A stretch of DNA of 53,248 nucleotides, taken from positions 1 to 53,248 of IMG/VR virus record IMGVR_UViG_3300049489_000151; one strand, given 5' to 3'. This DNA is from a virus. Lineage: Duplodnaviria > Caudoviricetes. Both the position numbers and the translations under genes were made by a program. Shown one piece after another: positions 1 to 6,607 of the stretch (the first letter of the stretch is position 1; the number at the start of each line of letters is the position of its first letter). The notes under the pieces were generated by a model. That model did not search any database and had not been told where the DNA came from. It saw nothing but the letters and a program-made list of their open reading frames with translations.

Positions 1-49
1 TGATGAGCCTTGTGGCCCGGTAATCAGCCGGATTGGATCAGGGGTCCCC

Positions 50-124
50 TGGTACCCCCGGTGGGAATCGAACCCACGTCAGCTGGTTAAGAGCCAGCTG
101 CTACAACCACTCAGCTACGGAGGC
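50..124 (-). tRNA. tRNA-Lys(CUU), CCA encoded
   Basis: Cloverleaf on minus strand; T-loop TTCGATT; anticodon loop CTCTTAA; ends ACCA. Confidence 0.93.
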
Positions 125-205
125 ATGTGGGAGAGTTACGGTCCCCCCGCCGCCACACAAGCCGGTACCAGCTTGCACGGTGGAGACCAGAAGTCTCCAT
201 CTCAG

Positions 206-288
206 TCCTGCGGGAGCGAATCGAACACTCATTGCCATAACGACGGCTGTTTTACAGACAGCTTCCAGGACCACCCAGAATCCGCAGG
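206..288 (-). tRNA. tRNA-Tyr(GUA)
   Basis: Acceptor CCTGCGG/CCGCAGG; anticodon loop CTGTAAA; long variable arm; imperfect T-stem. Confidence 0.85.
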
Positions 289-359
289 TTGAGAAGGGCT
301 GCAGTCACCTGCTTTGGATAGGGTGCCCTTCATACCCCACCTGGCTTTAGGGACCAGAG

Positions 360-438
360 CGGAAGGTGGAGGAATCGAACCCCCGCCCAAAGACGTAGCT
401 AGCTAGCAACCAGCTTGTGCGCCATGCACACACCTTCC
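360..438 (-). tRNA. tRNA-Ser(GCU)
   Basis: Acceptor GGAAGGT/ACCTTCC; loop TTGCTAG; G73; extended variable region. Confidence 0.85.
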
Positions 439-589
439 ATTTACCCCTTACGGGATCTAATGACGTTCTGCCCCCCAGATCTGGGGGCGAACTTCACTGT
501 TGACTCGTACTTCTTGTATTTCTTGATGGTGGGGTGCGTCTTGTAGACCTTGCCCCCCATTGCTGTACCTACGTGTCCTTTGTTCATAG

Positions 590-661
590 TACCCCCACGG
601 AGAGTCGAACTCCGTCCCAGAGCTTGAAAGGCTCTTATCCTAACCGATAGACGATGGGGGC
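590..661 (-). tRNA. tRNA-Glu(UUC)
   Basis: Anticodon arm AGAGC-CTTTCAA-GCTCT; T-loop TTCGACT. Confidence 0.92.
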
Positions 662-881
662 ATGCAGCTTGGCCAACCACCAGTTCAATACACCGGCAGT
701 AACGTTGTCGAGAAATAGCTCTACTGACGCTAGCTGGCTTGACGAGCGCTGTGACCCGATCCTTCCGGTGGAGGGGGCGGATGGCCCCCGCATGCTTGGC
801 CCTGTCGTCCCTGCTGTAAGTGAGGGACTGTCTACCTGAGACTTCGCTCCTTGGAATATGCCCTGGATGGCGTGGTCTTTG

Positions 882-955
882 CGCTCCCACGGGGAATTGA
901 ACCCACGTCTACATCCTTGACAGGGATGCGTGCTAAACCTTCACACTCTGAGAGC
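882..955 (-). tRNA. tRNA-Asp(GUC)
   Basis: Anticodon arm CATCC-CTGTCAA-GGATG; G73. Confidence 0.88.
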
Positions 956-1052
956 ATGTCTCCCGTTTCGAGACCACGGTGGGAGTGACCGAGTCGCTAC
1001 AACAGAGCAGCAGCACAGCATTACCTGTTGGCCCCTGGTGTCCATCTCTTAG

Positions 1053-1124
1053 AGGATCGTGTGGGAATTGAACCCACGTAGCAGCTTTTGCAGAGCTGTG
1101 CCTGAGCCACTCGGCCAACGATCC
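1053..1124 (-). tRNA. tRNA-Cys(GCA)
   Basis: Anticodon arm CAGCT-CTGCAAA-AGCTG; U73. Confidence 0.93.
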
Positions 1125-1209
1125 ATGAATGCCCCATTTACCAATTCTTGACGTAGCCATCTGCTTACCCGGCGACATCACCAGGTGGATTGGAGGTGGG
1201 GCCCTCCTG

Positions 1210-1284
1210 TGGTGGTTCCCTGCGGGTTCGAACCGCATCCTTGAGGATTTCAAGCTCATGTGCTTCCAGTTACACCTGAGAACC
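1210..1284 (-). tRNA. tRNA-Phe(GAA), CCA encoded
   Basis: Loop TTGAAAT; T-arm TGCGG-TTCGAAC-CCGCA; ends ACCA. Confidence 0.85.
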
Positions 1285-1289
1285 ATAGC

Positions 1290-1363
1290 GACCAGCGCTC
1301 TGCCGTTAAGCTACTCCCCCGCTTGCGTCGGGGGAGGCGGGATTCGAACCCGCACCTCTGATC
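1290..1363 (-). ncRNA. Circularly permuted tRNA-like RNA 1 (YrlA-type topology)
   Basis: Order on minus strand: GATCAG, T-arm GCGGG-TTCGAAT-CCCGC, acceptor hairpin CTCCCCCG-ACGCAAG-CGGGGGAG, TA, D-arm GCTT-AACGGCA-GAGC, CTGGTC. Confidence 0.82.
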
Positions 1364-1366
1364 TCG

Positions 1367-1437
1367 TCGGGGTGGGGAGAATCGAACTCCCATCCCGTGG
1401 TCCCAAACCACGTGTTATTCCATTTCACTACACCCCG
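1367..1437 (-). tRNA. tRNA-Pro(UGG)
   Basis: CGGGGTG acceptor; anticodon arm CGTGG-TTTGGGA-CCACG. Confidence 0.93.
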
Positions 1438-1516
1438 TAGTGGCTGGTTGTTTTACCGGCACAACCAGCAAAGCCTTTTAGGCGGACCCCTCAAATGTGC
1501 ACTATCGGGACCCGTG

Positions 1517-1589
1517 TGGAGTACCTGGGAGTCGAACCCAGATCTACTGATTGCAAGTCAGTCGTGTTAGCCACTGTCACCAGTACCCC
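1517..1589 (-). tRNA. tRNA-Ala(UGC)
   Basis: G3:U70 pair; loop CTTGCAA. Confidence 0.93.
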
Positions 1590-1593
1590 ATGC

Positions 1594-1667
1594 CCCAATA
1601 GCTCTGCCGTTGAGCTTACCTCGCCCCTTCCGGGACTGGGGGAGGATTCGAACCTCCATCCATTGGG
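1594..1667 (-). ncRNA. Circularly permuted tRNA-like RNA 2 (YrlA-type topology)
   Basis: CCCAAT, T-arm GGAGG-TTCGAAT-CCTCC, imperfect acceptor hairpin capped by GGAA, D-arm GCTC-AACGGCA-GAGC, ATTGGG. Confidence 0.78.
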
Positions 1668-1671
1668 TTAG

Positions 1672-1743
1672 TGCGTGTGACAGGATTCGAACCTGCATCA
1701 CAAAGGGTGTAAACCTTCCGCTCAGCCGTTGAGCTACACACGC
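1672..1743 (-). tRNA. tRNA-Val(UAC)
   Basis: GCGTGTG acceptor; TAGCTCAACGG D-arm; loop TTTACAC. Confidence 0.92.
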
Positions 1744-1866
1744 ATGTGACAGAGTCTCGCAGGAGAGGCGAAAGACGACGACGTCTTATATAGATTGGAC
1801 TGCATCACCGAACTACACGCACACCCGAAAGGAATCCGAAGGGGGCGCTCTGTCATGTGTAGTTTA

Positions 1867-1938
1867 TGGTGCCCCCGGAAAGAGTCGAACTCTCTGCTCA
1901 AGGTTCGTAGCCTCGATACCCAATCCCTGGGCGGGGGC
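1867..1938 (-). tRNA. tRNA-Arg(ACG), CCA encoded, atypical D-arm
   Basis: GCCCCCG/CGGGGGC acceptor; loop CTACGAA. Confidence 0.85.
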
Positions 1939-1946
1939 ATGTTGAG

Positions 1947-2021
1947 TGCTTCTCGTGGGATTCGAACCCACACTGACTGCGTTTTGAATGCAGTTCCTCT
2001 GCCTAGTTGGGATAGAGAAGC
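1947..2021 (-). tRNA. tRNA-Leu(CAA), short variable loop
   Basis: GCTTCTC/GAGAAGC acceptor; loop TTCAAAA. Confidence 0.85.
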
Positions 2022-2027
2022 ATGAAG

Positions 2028-2101
2028 TGCCCCCCCTGGGATTCGAACCCAGACTGCCGTGGGCCTAAACCACGTGCCTCCTGCCTTTGGGCTAGAGGGG
2101 C
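2028..2101 (-). tRNA. tRNA-Leu(UAG), short variable loop
   Basis: Anticodon arm CGTGG-TTTAGGC-CCACG. Confidence 0.88.
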
Positions 2102-2130
2102 AAAGACCCCCGGCCGGAAAGACCGGGGGC
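2102..2130 (-). terminator. GC-rich hairpin, possible terminator or processing stem
   Basis: Minus strand GCCCCCGGTC-TTTCC-GGCCGGGGGT followed by CTTT. Confidence 0.4.
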
Positions 2131-2235
2131 ATCCCATGTTGACGCTTCACCAAGGTTGCGACCCTTAGTGCTCAACTAGCCGAACCCGTGACCCGTAGGT
2201 CACGTGAACGACACATCCCTAGGGGGAGGGACCGG

Positions 2236-2308
2236 TGCGCCCACTGGGATTCGAACCCAGACTGAGCAGGGTTTAAACCCGCTGCCTCTACCGTTGGACT
2301 ATGGGCGC
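2236..2308 (-). tRNA. tRNA-Leu(UAA), short variable loop
   Basis: GCGCCCA/TGGGCGC acceptor; loop TTTAAAC. Confidence 0.88.
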
Positions 2309-2314
2309 ATGTCA

Positions 2315-2385
2315 TGGTCCCGGCACGAGGTTTCGAACCTCGCTGGAATCCGTATGAGAGATACGTGGTCACCAGACCTACCGGG
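2315..2385 (-). tRNA. tRNA-CAU (Met or Ile2), CCA encoded, compact D-arm
   Basis: Loop CTCATAC; T-arm CGAGG-TTCGAAA-CCTCG; ends ACCA. Confidence 0.78.
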
Positions 2386-2556
2386 TTATTGCCAGGCTTT
2401 GAGTAGCTAACTCTTCGTGAGGAGGACTAGCTAAGTCCCCTGGCTGCCTCACACACGAACCTTCCCCTTAACCGTGCTGGGTACCCGACACTCGTCTGCC
2501 GGGTGGGCCTGACTACTTAGTCCCAGTCAGGATTGGACTCTGGTAGCTAACCCAGA

Positions 2557-2647
2557 TGGAGGCGGGGGCTGGAATCGAACCAGCGTGTCCTAACGGACCT
2601 GAGGCTTATGAGACCTAGGAGGGAGCACCAACGCCCTTCGTCCCCGA
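2557..2647 (-). tRNA. Atypical tRNA-CAU with long variable arm and long D-stem
   Basis: Loop CTCATAA; variable arm GTCC-GTTA-GGAC; T-arm GCTGG-TTCGATT-CCAGC; ends TCCA. Confidence 0.72.
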
Positions 2648-2650
2648 CAT

Positions 2651-2826
2651 GAGTTTTGAGAGCTACAAGAGGCGCTAACGTGCGCAAACTCGCTGACTTG
2701 TCGCCGCTTGAAAGGCAGCCGCTGGGCCAAACAGCTTTACCCCACTCATCTCAGGCGGGGTCGGGGAGTTGAACCCCAGTGTCATGCTAATTGATGCACC
2801 ATTTCCTTGGCGCTCTCAGCACACTC
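2651..2826 (-). ncRNA. Circularly permuted tRNA-Glu(UUC)-like RNA closed by a long irregular helix
   Basis: T-arm TGGGG-TTCAACT-CCCCG, acceptor hairpin ACCCCGC/GTGGGGT, D-arm GCTG-TTTGGCC-CAGC, anticodon arm GCTGC-CTTTCAA-GCGGC; flanks pair (TGAGAGC/GCTCTCA, CAAGG/TCTTG, GGTGC/GCGCC, TGAC/GTCA). Confidence 0.75.
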
Positions 2827-2844
2827 CCGACGTAATGAGCGTCG

Positions 2845-3324
2845 TCACCTCAATAGGTGCGGAGCGTATGTACGCAGTATCGTTTCGGCGTACTCGATCT
2901 TGTCTTCGACTCGCTGTCCTCTGGGCTGCCAACGAGACCACAGCTCTAGGTTCTCAATGCGGTTGTCATTCCTTATACCGTTTTTGTGATGTACTGACTC
3001 GTGCTCGGTAAGGGGGCGACCTAGGTACTGCTCCATCATCCAACGATGTTGGGATACCGTTCTCTTCCTCCAGTTGGCTACTAGGTAGCCGTCTTTGGAC
3101 ACGTACCAAGACGGTTCAGAGGGGACCCTACATGCGGAGCATTGAGAGCTTGTCTTTAGCTTAGGAGTTCCGCAGGTGCAGGTGTCTTTGCGTAGGTGGT
3201 AGTTCTGCTTTCTTCTAGTCGTCCAACAGTCTTTGCACGTACTTGCAAGCCCGTTCTTCTTTCTCGGGTCTTTCCAGAAGTCTTCTTCTGGTTTATCGGT
3301 CAGGCAGTTCTTACAAGTCGTCAT
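2845..3324 (-). CDS. HNH homing endonuclease with N-terminal Cys zinc motifs
   Basis: HRWMMEQYLGRPL...VHHKNGIRNDNRIENLEL; free-standing within the tRNA array. Confidence 0.92.
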   Translation of the reverse strand: MTTCKNCLTDKPEEDFWKDPRKKNGLASTCKDCWTTRRKQNYHLRKDTCTCGTPKLKTSSQCSACRVPSEPSWYVSKDGYLVANWRKRTVSQHRWMMEQYLGRPLTEHESVHHKNGIRNDNRIENLELWSRWQPRGQRVEDKIEYAETILRTYAPHLLR

Positions 3325-3357
3325 GGAGACGAGTGTAACACTTTCCAAGCCAATACG

Positions 3358-3425
3358 CACCGGTGTCAGGACTCGAACCCGAGTTCATGGTTTTGGAGAC
3401 CAATCAGCTTCCTAAGCGCACCGGT
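3358..3425 (-). tRNA. tRNA-Trp(CCA), short D-arm
   Basis: ACCGGTG/CACCGGT acceptor; loop CTCCAAA. Confidence 0.85.
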
Positions 3426-3574
3426 ATGTACTAGAGGTTCACGTTCTTGCCTCTAGTGCCAGACATTGCGACCTGGTCTCCTGGTTAGGGAGAGGTAGCC
3501 TGGCTATTTTACATGCCTTCACCACACGTAAGGTACGAACCACCCCCGAAGGGGCCGGGTGTCAATCGTAGTCG

Positions 3575-3655
3575 AGGAGGGTGGAGGAGTCGAACCCCTA
3601 CCGTTAGGTACCCTAGGGTTCAAACCTAGTTGCTCACCTCTGAGCGGCACCCTCC
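3575..3655 (-). tRNA. tRNA-Ser(UGA)
   Basis: GGAGGGT/ACCCTCC acceptor; CTAGG-TTTGAAC-CCTAG; long variable arm. Confidence 0.88.
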
Positions 3656-3677
3656 GTGCATTTCATTTACTTTGTAC

Positions 3678-3706
3678 ACAGTAACAGAGTGAGTTACTAT
3701 GTGCAA
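3678..3706 (-). promoter_or_regulatory. SigA-like promoter of the tRNA array, with a palindrome in the spacer
   Basis: TTGCAC-N17-TACTGT with TGn extension; AGTAAC-N7-GTTACT inverted repeat overlaps it. Confidence 0.7.
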
Positions 3707-3750
3707 CCCTTTCTTGCACTTTCCTGAAAGATGGCCATCTACCAGGCGTT

Positions 3751-3948
3751 TCAGTCGTCAATGACCCCTAGATTCGTAGACCAGTCCTCTGCATCGGCCC
3801 CCAACTCGTTCACGATGTCGTACATAGCTCTCTGGTCAATGAGCCTTACGATGTCATCGATCGGCAGCGGTTGTAAGTGGTTGATGGTGATGACGATGTT
3901 CGTCTGGTTCTTCGATGTCTTGGCGACGGTGGGGGAGATGGTGAGCAT
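3751..3948 (-). CDS. Hypothetical protein
   Basis: ORF coupled to upstream gene by TGATG overlap. Confidence 0.6.
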   Translation of the reverse strand: MLTISPTVAKTSKNQTNIVITINHLQPLPIDDIVRLIDQRAMYDIVNELGADAEDWSTNLGVIDD

Positions 3949-4169
3949 CAGTTGACCCTCGGCTTTCCGAACTCTGGTTCCAATACGTTGTGTTGGGGGG
4001 CGCCCCACTCGGCCTCGTACCAAGACATGGTACGACCTTGAGAGCCACAGTTATTGCAGTACCCGGTAGTACTGGAGCTGCCCCAGGTTAGCGAGTGGCA
4101 CTTTACTTCGTAGTTGCAGACACAACAACGAAGTACCCCTTCTACGCCCCAGTACTCGCTGTACGTCAT
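3948..4169 (-). CDS. Small zinc-ribbon protein
   Basis: CCVC...CNNC; ATGA overlap with upstream gene. Confidence 0.6.
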   Translation of the reverse strand: MTYSEYWGVEGVLRCCVCNYEVKCHSLTWGSSSTTGYCNNCGSQGRTMSWYEAEWGAPQHNVLEPEFGKPRVN

Positions 4170-4339
4170 TTCAATCTCCCGTCGAAGTTCCGCTGAGCCT
4201 CGTGGGTGCGTTCCAACACTGGACGTTCCCACTCGTCGGAGGATGGGCCCCCGAATCTCTTGGGCGGCACCGACTTGGCTTTGAGTACGTTTCCGTCCCT
4301 AAAGGCTTGCTTGTCCTGATCTGACCACTTGTTCTTCAC
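4166..4339 (-). CDS. Hypothetical protein
   Basis: GTG start overlapping upstream stop; KWSDQDKQAFRDGNVLKA. Confidence 0.55.
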   Translation of the reverse strand: MKNKWSDQDKQAFRDGNVLKAKSVPPKRFGGPSSDEWERPVLERTHEAQRNFDGRLK

Positions 4340-4635
4340 AGCTTGTCCCCAAAGTATCGCTTGAGATCCTTGTTGTACATGAAGTACAAAGGAGACATGA
4401 GCAGAGCCCACAGCCACAAGACAATGGCGATAGCTTGTCCGAAGCCTGGAGCTGGCCAAGTGACAAAGAGAATGCTTCCCAGCACGGACAGGGTCACGCA
4501 AATTGCCCCCGTGCGGTCACGGTAGTTGCGCAGGTGACGATACCACTGGTCCTCTGTCTGGAGATGACTTGTCCCTAGCCATCGGCTAGGTGTTGGGAGC
4601 GGTCTGCCTGTCGTGGAGTCATAGTACTGTGCCAT
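4336..4635 (-). CDS. Two-TM membrane protein, probably leaderless
   Basis: Two hydrophobic helices; ATG 7 nt downstream of a -10 box. Confidence 0.65.
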   Translation of the reverse strand: MAQYYDSTTGRPLPTPSRWLGTSHLQTEDQWYRHLRNYRDRTGAICVTLSVLGSILFVTWPAPGFGQAIAIVLWLWALLMSPLYFMYNKDLKRYFGDKL

Positions 4636-4642
4636 AGGCAGC

Positions 4643-4672
4643 ACTGTACTCCACTACGGTAGCAATTGTCAA
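4643..4672 (-). promoter_or_regulatory. SigA-like promoter
   Basis: TTGACA-N18-TACAGT. Confidence 0.7.
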
Positions 4673-5740
4673 TCAAAAGTCTTCATCGAAGGACACGTCG
4701 CCAGAGATACCTGTTTGATAGTTAGATACGGTGCGTTCGAAGAAGTTGCTGAGGCTCTGCACGTCTTGGAGTTCCATGAAGTCAAATGGGTTCTTTGACC
4801 CGAACTGTGCTTCCAGACCCAACTGCTCACAACGCTGGTCGGCAACTGCTTCCAGATAGGTACGCATATCAGCAACGCTCATGCCGTTGACACCGTCTCC
4901 CAGCACGTCACGTGCGAACTGGTATTCGACCTCAACAGCTTCCCACAGCATCTGTCTGATGTCATTGTTCAACTGCTCATCGAACAGCTCTGGCTCTTCC
5001 TTCTTGACCACGTTGATCACTTCGAAGGCAAAGTTCATGTGCATGGACTCGTCCCTGAACACCCAGTTCGTGCCGTCAGCCAGCCCCGGCAGCAGCCCCT
5101 TGGAGCGCAGGAAGTACACGTAGGCGAACGCCCCGTAGAAGAACAGCCCTTCGATGCACGTGGCGAAGCAGATCAGGTTGAGTAGGAACTGACGTCGCTC
5201 GTCTTGGTTCTTCAAGTCGGTGATCCCGTGGATCTGGTCCATCCACTTGTAAGCGAAGTCTGCCTTCATCTTTACAGACGGGATGTTGTCCACGGCAGCG
5301 AACGCTGCTTCACGCTCTGACTCGTCTGGGATGTAGCTGTCCAGTAGCGTGAGGTAGAACTGTATGTGGAGGGCCTCTTCGTAGAGCTGTCTGCTCAGGT
5401 ACATCCGTGCCTCGGGGGCGTTGATGTGCTGATACAGGTTGAGCACGAGGTTGTTCGACACGATCGTGTCGCCGGTGGCGAAGAACGCCACGAGACGTGA
5501 CACCATGTGCTTCTCAGCCGGTGTCAGCTTTAAGTCCAAGTGGTTGAGGTCAAGCTGGAAGTTGATCTCGTCAACCGTCCACGTGTTCTTGATGGCGTTG
5601 AGGTACATCTCGTAGAACTGTGGGTACCGCATCGGCCTTAGGGTCAGGTCGTAGCCTGGGTCGAGGATGTTAGCAAAGACGTGCTCAGCGTGCTGTGACT
5701 CCGTCACTTCCTCTTCAATGAGGGCGAGCACGGCGCTCAC
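4673..5740 (-). CDS. nrdB: Ribonucleotide-diphosphate reductase beta subunit (class I)
   Basis: FFATGD, EEALHIQFY (radical Tyr), IEGLFFYGAF, RDESMH di-metal motifs, NFFER near C-terminus. Confidence 0.96.
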   Translation of the reverse strand: MSAVLALIEEEVTESQHAEHVFANILDPGYDLTLRPMRYPQFYEMYLNAIKNTWTVDEINFQLDLNHLDLKLTPAEKHMVSRLVAFFATGDTIVSNNLVLNLYQHINAPEARMYLSRQLYEEALHIQFYLTLLDSYIPDESEREAAFAAVDNIPSVKMKADFAYKWMDQIHGITDLKNQDERRQFLLNLICFATCIEGLFFYGAFAYVYFLRSKGLLPGLADGTNWVFRDESMHMNFAFEVINVVKKEEPELFDEQLNNDIRQMLWEAVEVEYQFARDVLGDGVNGMSVADMRTYLEAVADQRCEQLGLEAQFGSKNPFDFMELQDVQSLSNFFERTVSNYQTGISGDVSFDEDF

Positions 5741-5844
5741 TGACAGGACTCGCAGTAGTCTGGGTTCGACAAGTCACAGCTTGCCACCACCTCTGCCTCT
5801 GCGTCGTCTCCCCAGTCGATCGTGTCTTCAAACTCATCTTCCAT
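5737..5844 (-). CDS. 35-aa acidic peptide resembling the NrdA C-terminal redox tail (55 aa if started at 5904)
   Basis: Manual translation MEDEFEDTIDWGDDAEAEVVASCDLSNPDYCESCQ*; stop overlaps nrdB GTG (GTGA). Confidence 0.8.
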   Translation of the reverse strand: MEDEFEDTIDWGDDAEAEVVASCDLSNPDYCESCQ

Positions 5845-5984
5845 GGTGTCACAAGCCTTTCGGTACTCCGCATGCGGGCCTTCCGCACGGGGTGAAGATA
5901 CCATCTTACTCGTCCCCTCTCCAAGTCCTATTGCTGCCTCTCACCGTAATGAGGTAAGATTTACCTCATGGCGCTGAACCCACA

Positions 5985-6383
5985 CTACGACGACTGACGT
6001 GGGGCTCTGGCCTTGCGGCCAGCGGACGTGTTGTCTACATAGTTCGTAGGGATGTACACGGGGGTGCCTGTGTCCCTCTCAATGGCAGCGGCAGCGGCTA
6101 CTCGGTGGTGGCCTTCGGACTGCACCTTCCTCACAGACTTGCCGTTGGGGGCGTCCTCCAGGATGATGGTGGGAGGAGAGTCTGTGTCCTGCTGGTAGCC
6201 ATAGCGCTCAATGGAGCTGCGGACGCCTGTACCGTGGCCCCCCGTGTTTGGGGAAGAAGCCCTGGCTTCCTTCTCAGACCACAAGGTGGAGATCGGCCCA
6301 TCAGTAGAGTGGGTCACCTGAGACTGCCACTCTTGGCCAGTCATGAACAGCTTGAACTGGTTGGGGTCGCTCTTAATGGCCAT
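5985..6383 (-). CDS. ParB/Srx-like N-terminal domain protein (paralog 1)
   Basis: QFKLFMTGQE...SIERYG...EGHHRVAAA. Confidence 0.75.
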   Translation of the reverse strand: MAIKSDPNQFKLFMTGQEWQSQVTHSTDGPISTLWSEKEARASSPNTGGHGTGVRSSIERYGYQQDTDSPPTIILEDAPNGKSVRKVQSEGHHRVAAAAAIERDTGTPVYIPTNYVDNTSAGRKARAPRQSS

Positions 6384-6397
6384 ACCCCTACATGATA

Positions 6398-6607
6398 TCA
6401 GTCCCAACCACACCCATGGTCCAGACACCGCTCGTTGTACTCGGCGTCATTCCTGATGCTGGCGGCTGTCCACTTGATGGCCTTGTCGAAGTCACCATCG
6501 GCCATCTTGATGAACGTGTTGAACTTGGACTTGGCTCGGGGGGCCATAAGGCTCGCCCCCTCTGCCTCCAGTGCTACTGACAGTTGGTGCTCAGTATGGG
6601 TAGTCAC
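6398..6607 (-). CDS. Hypothetical protein
   Basis: ORF with AGGAG RBS. Confidence 0.65.
   Translation of the reverse strand: MTTHTEHQLSVALEAEGASLMAPRAKSKFNTFIKMADGDFDKAIKWTAASIRNDAEYNERCLDHGCGWD

Noticed and set aside
1-49. TGATGAG at the window start resembling a hammerhead core
   Set aside because: No GAAA follows the short hairpin, it is on the strand opposite the array, and it is truncated by the window edge
441-587. 48-aa Lys-rich ORF between tRNA-Glu and tRNA-Ser, vaguely like ribosomal S17 (KTHPTIKKYKKY)
   Set aside because: No RBS, start lies 2 nt after the tRNA end, and the similarity is too weak to call; it may still be a real peptide
33-2410. ORF-track ORFs overlapping the tRNA array
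   Set aside because: They run through clear tRNA genes and have no recognisable protein motifs
2557-2647. tRNA-Sec
   Set aside because: The centred anticodon is CAU rather than UCA, and the acceptor plus T stems total 12 bp
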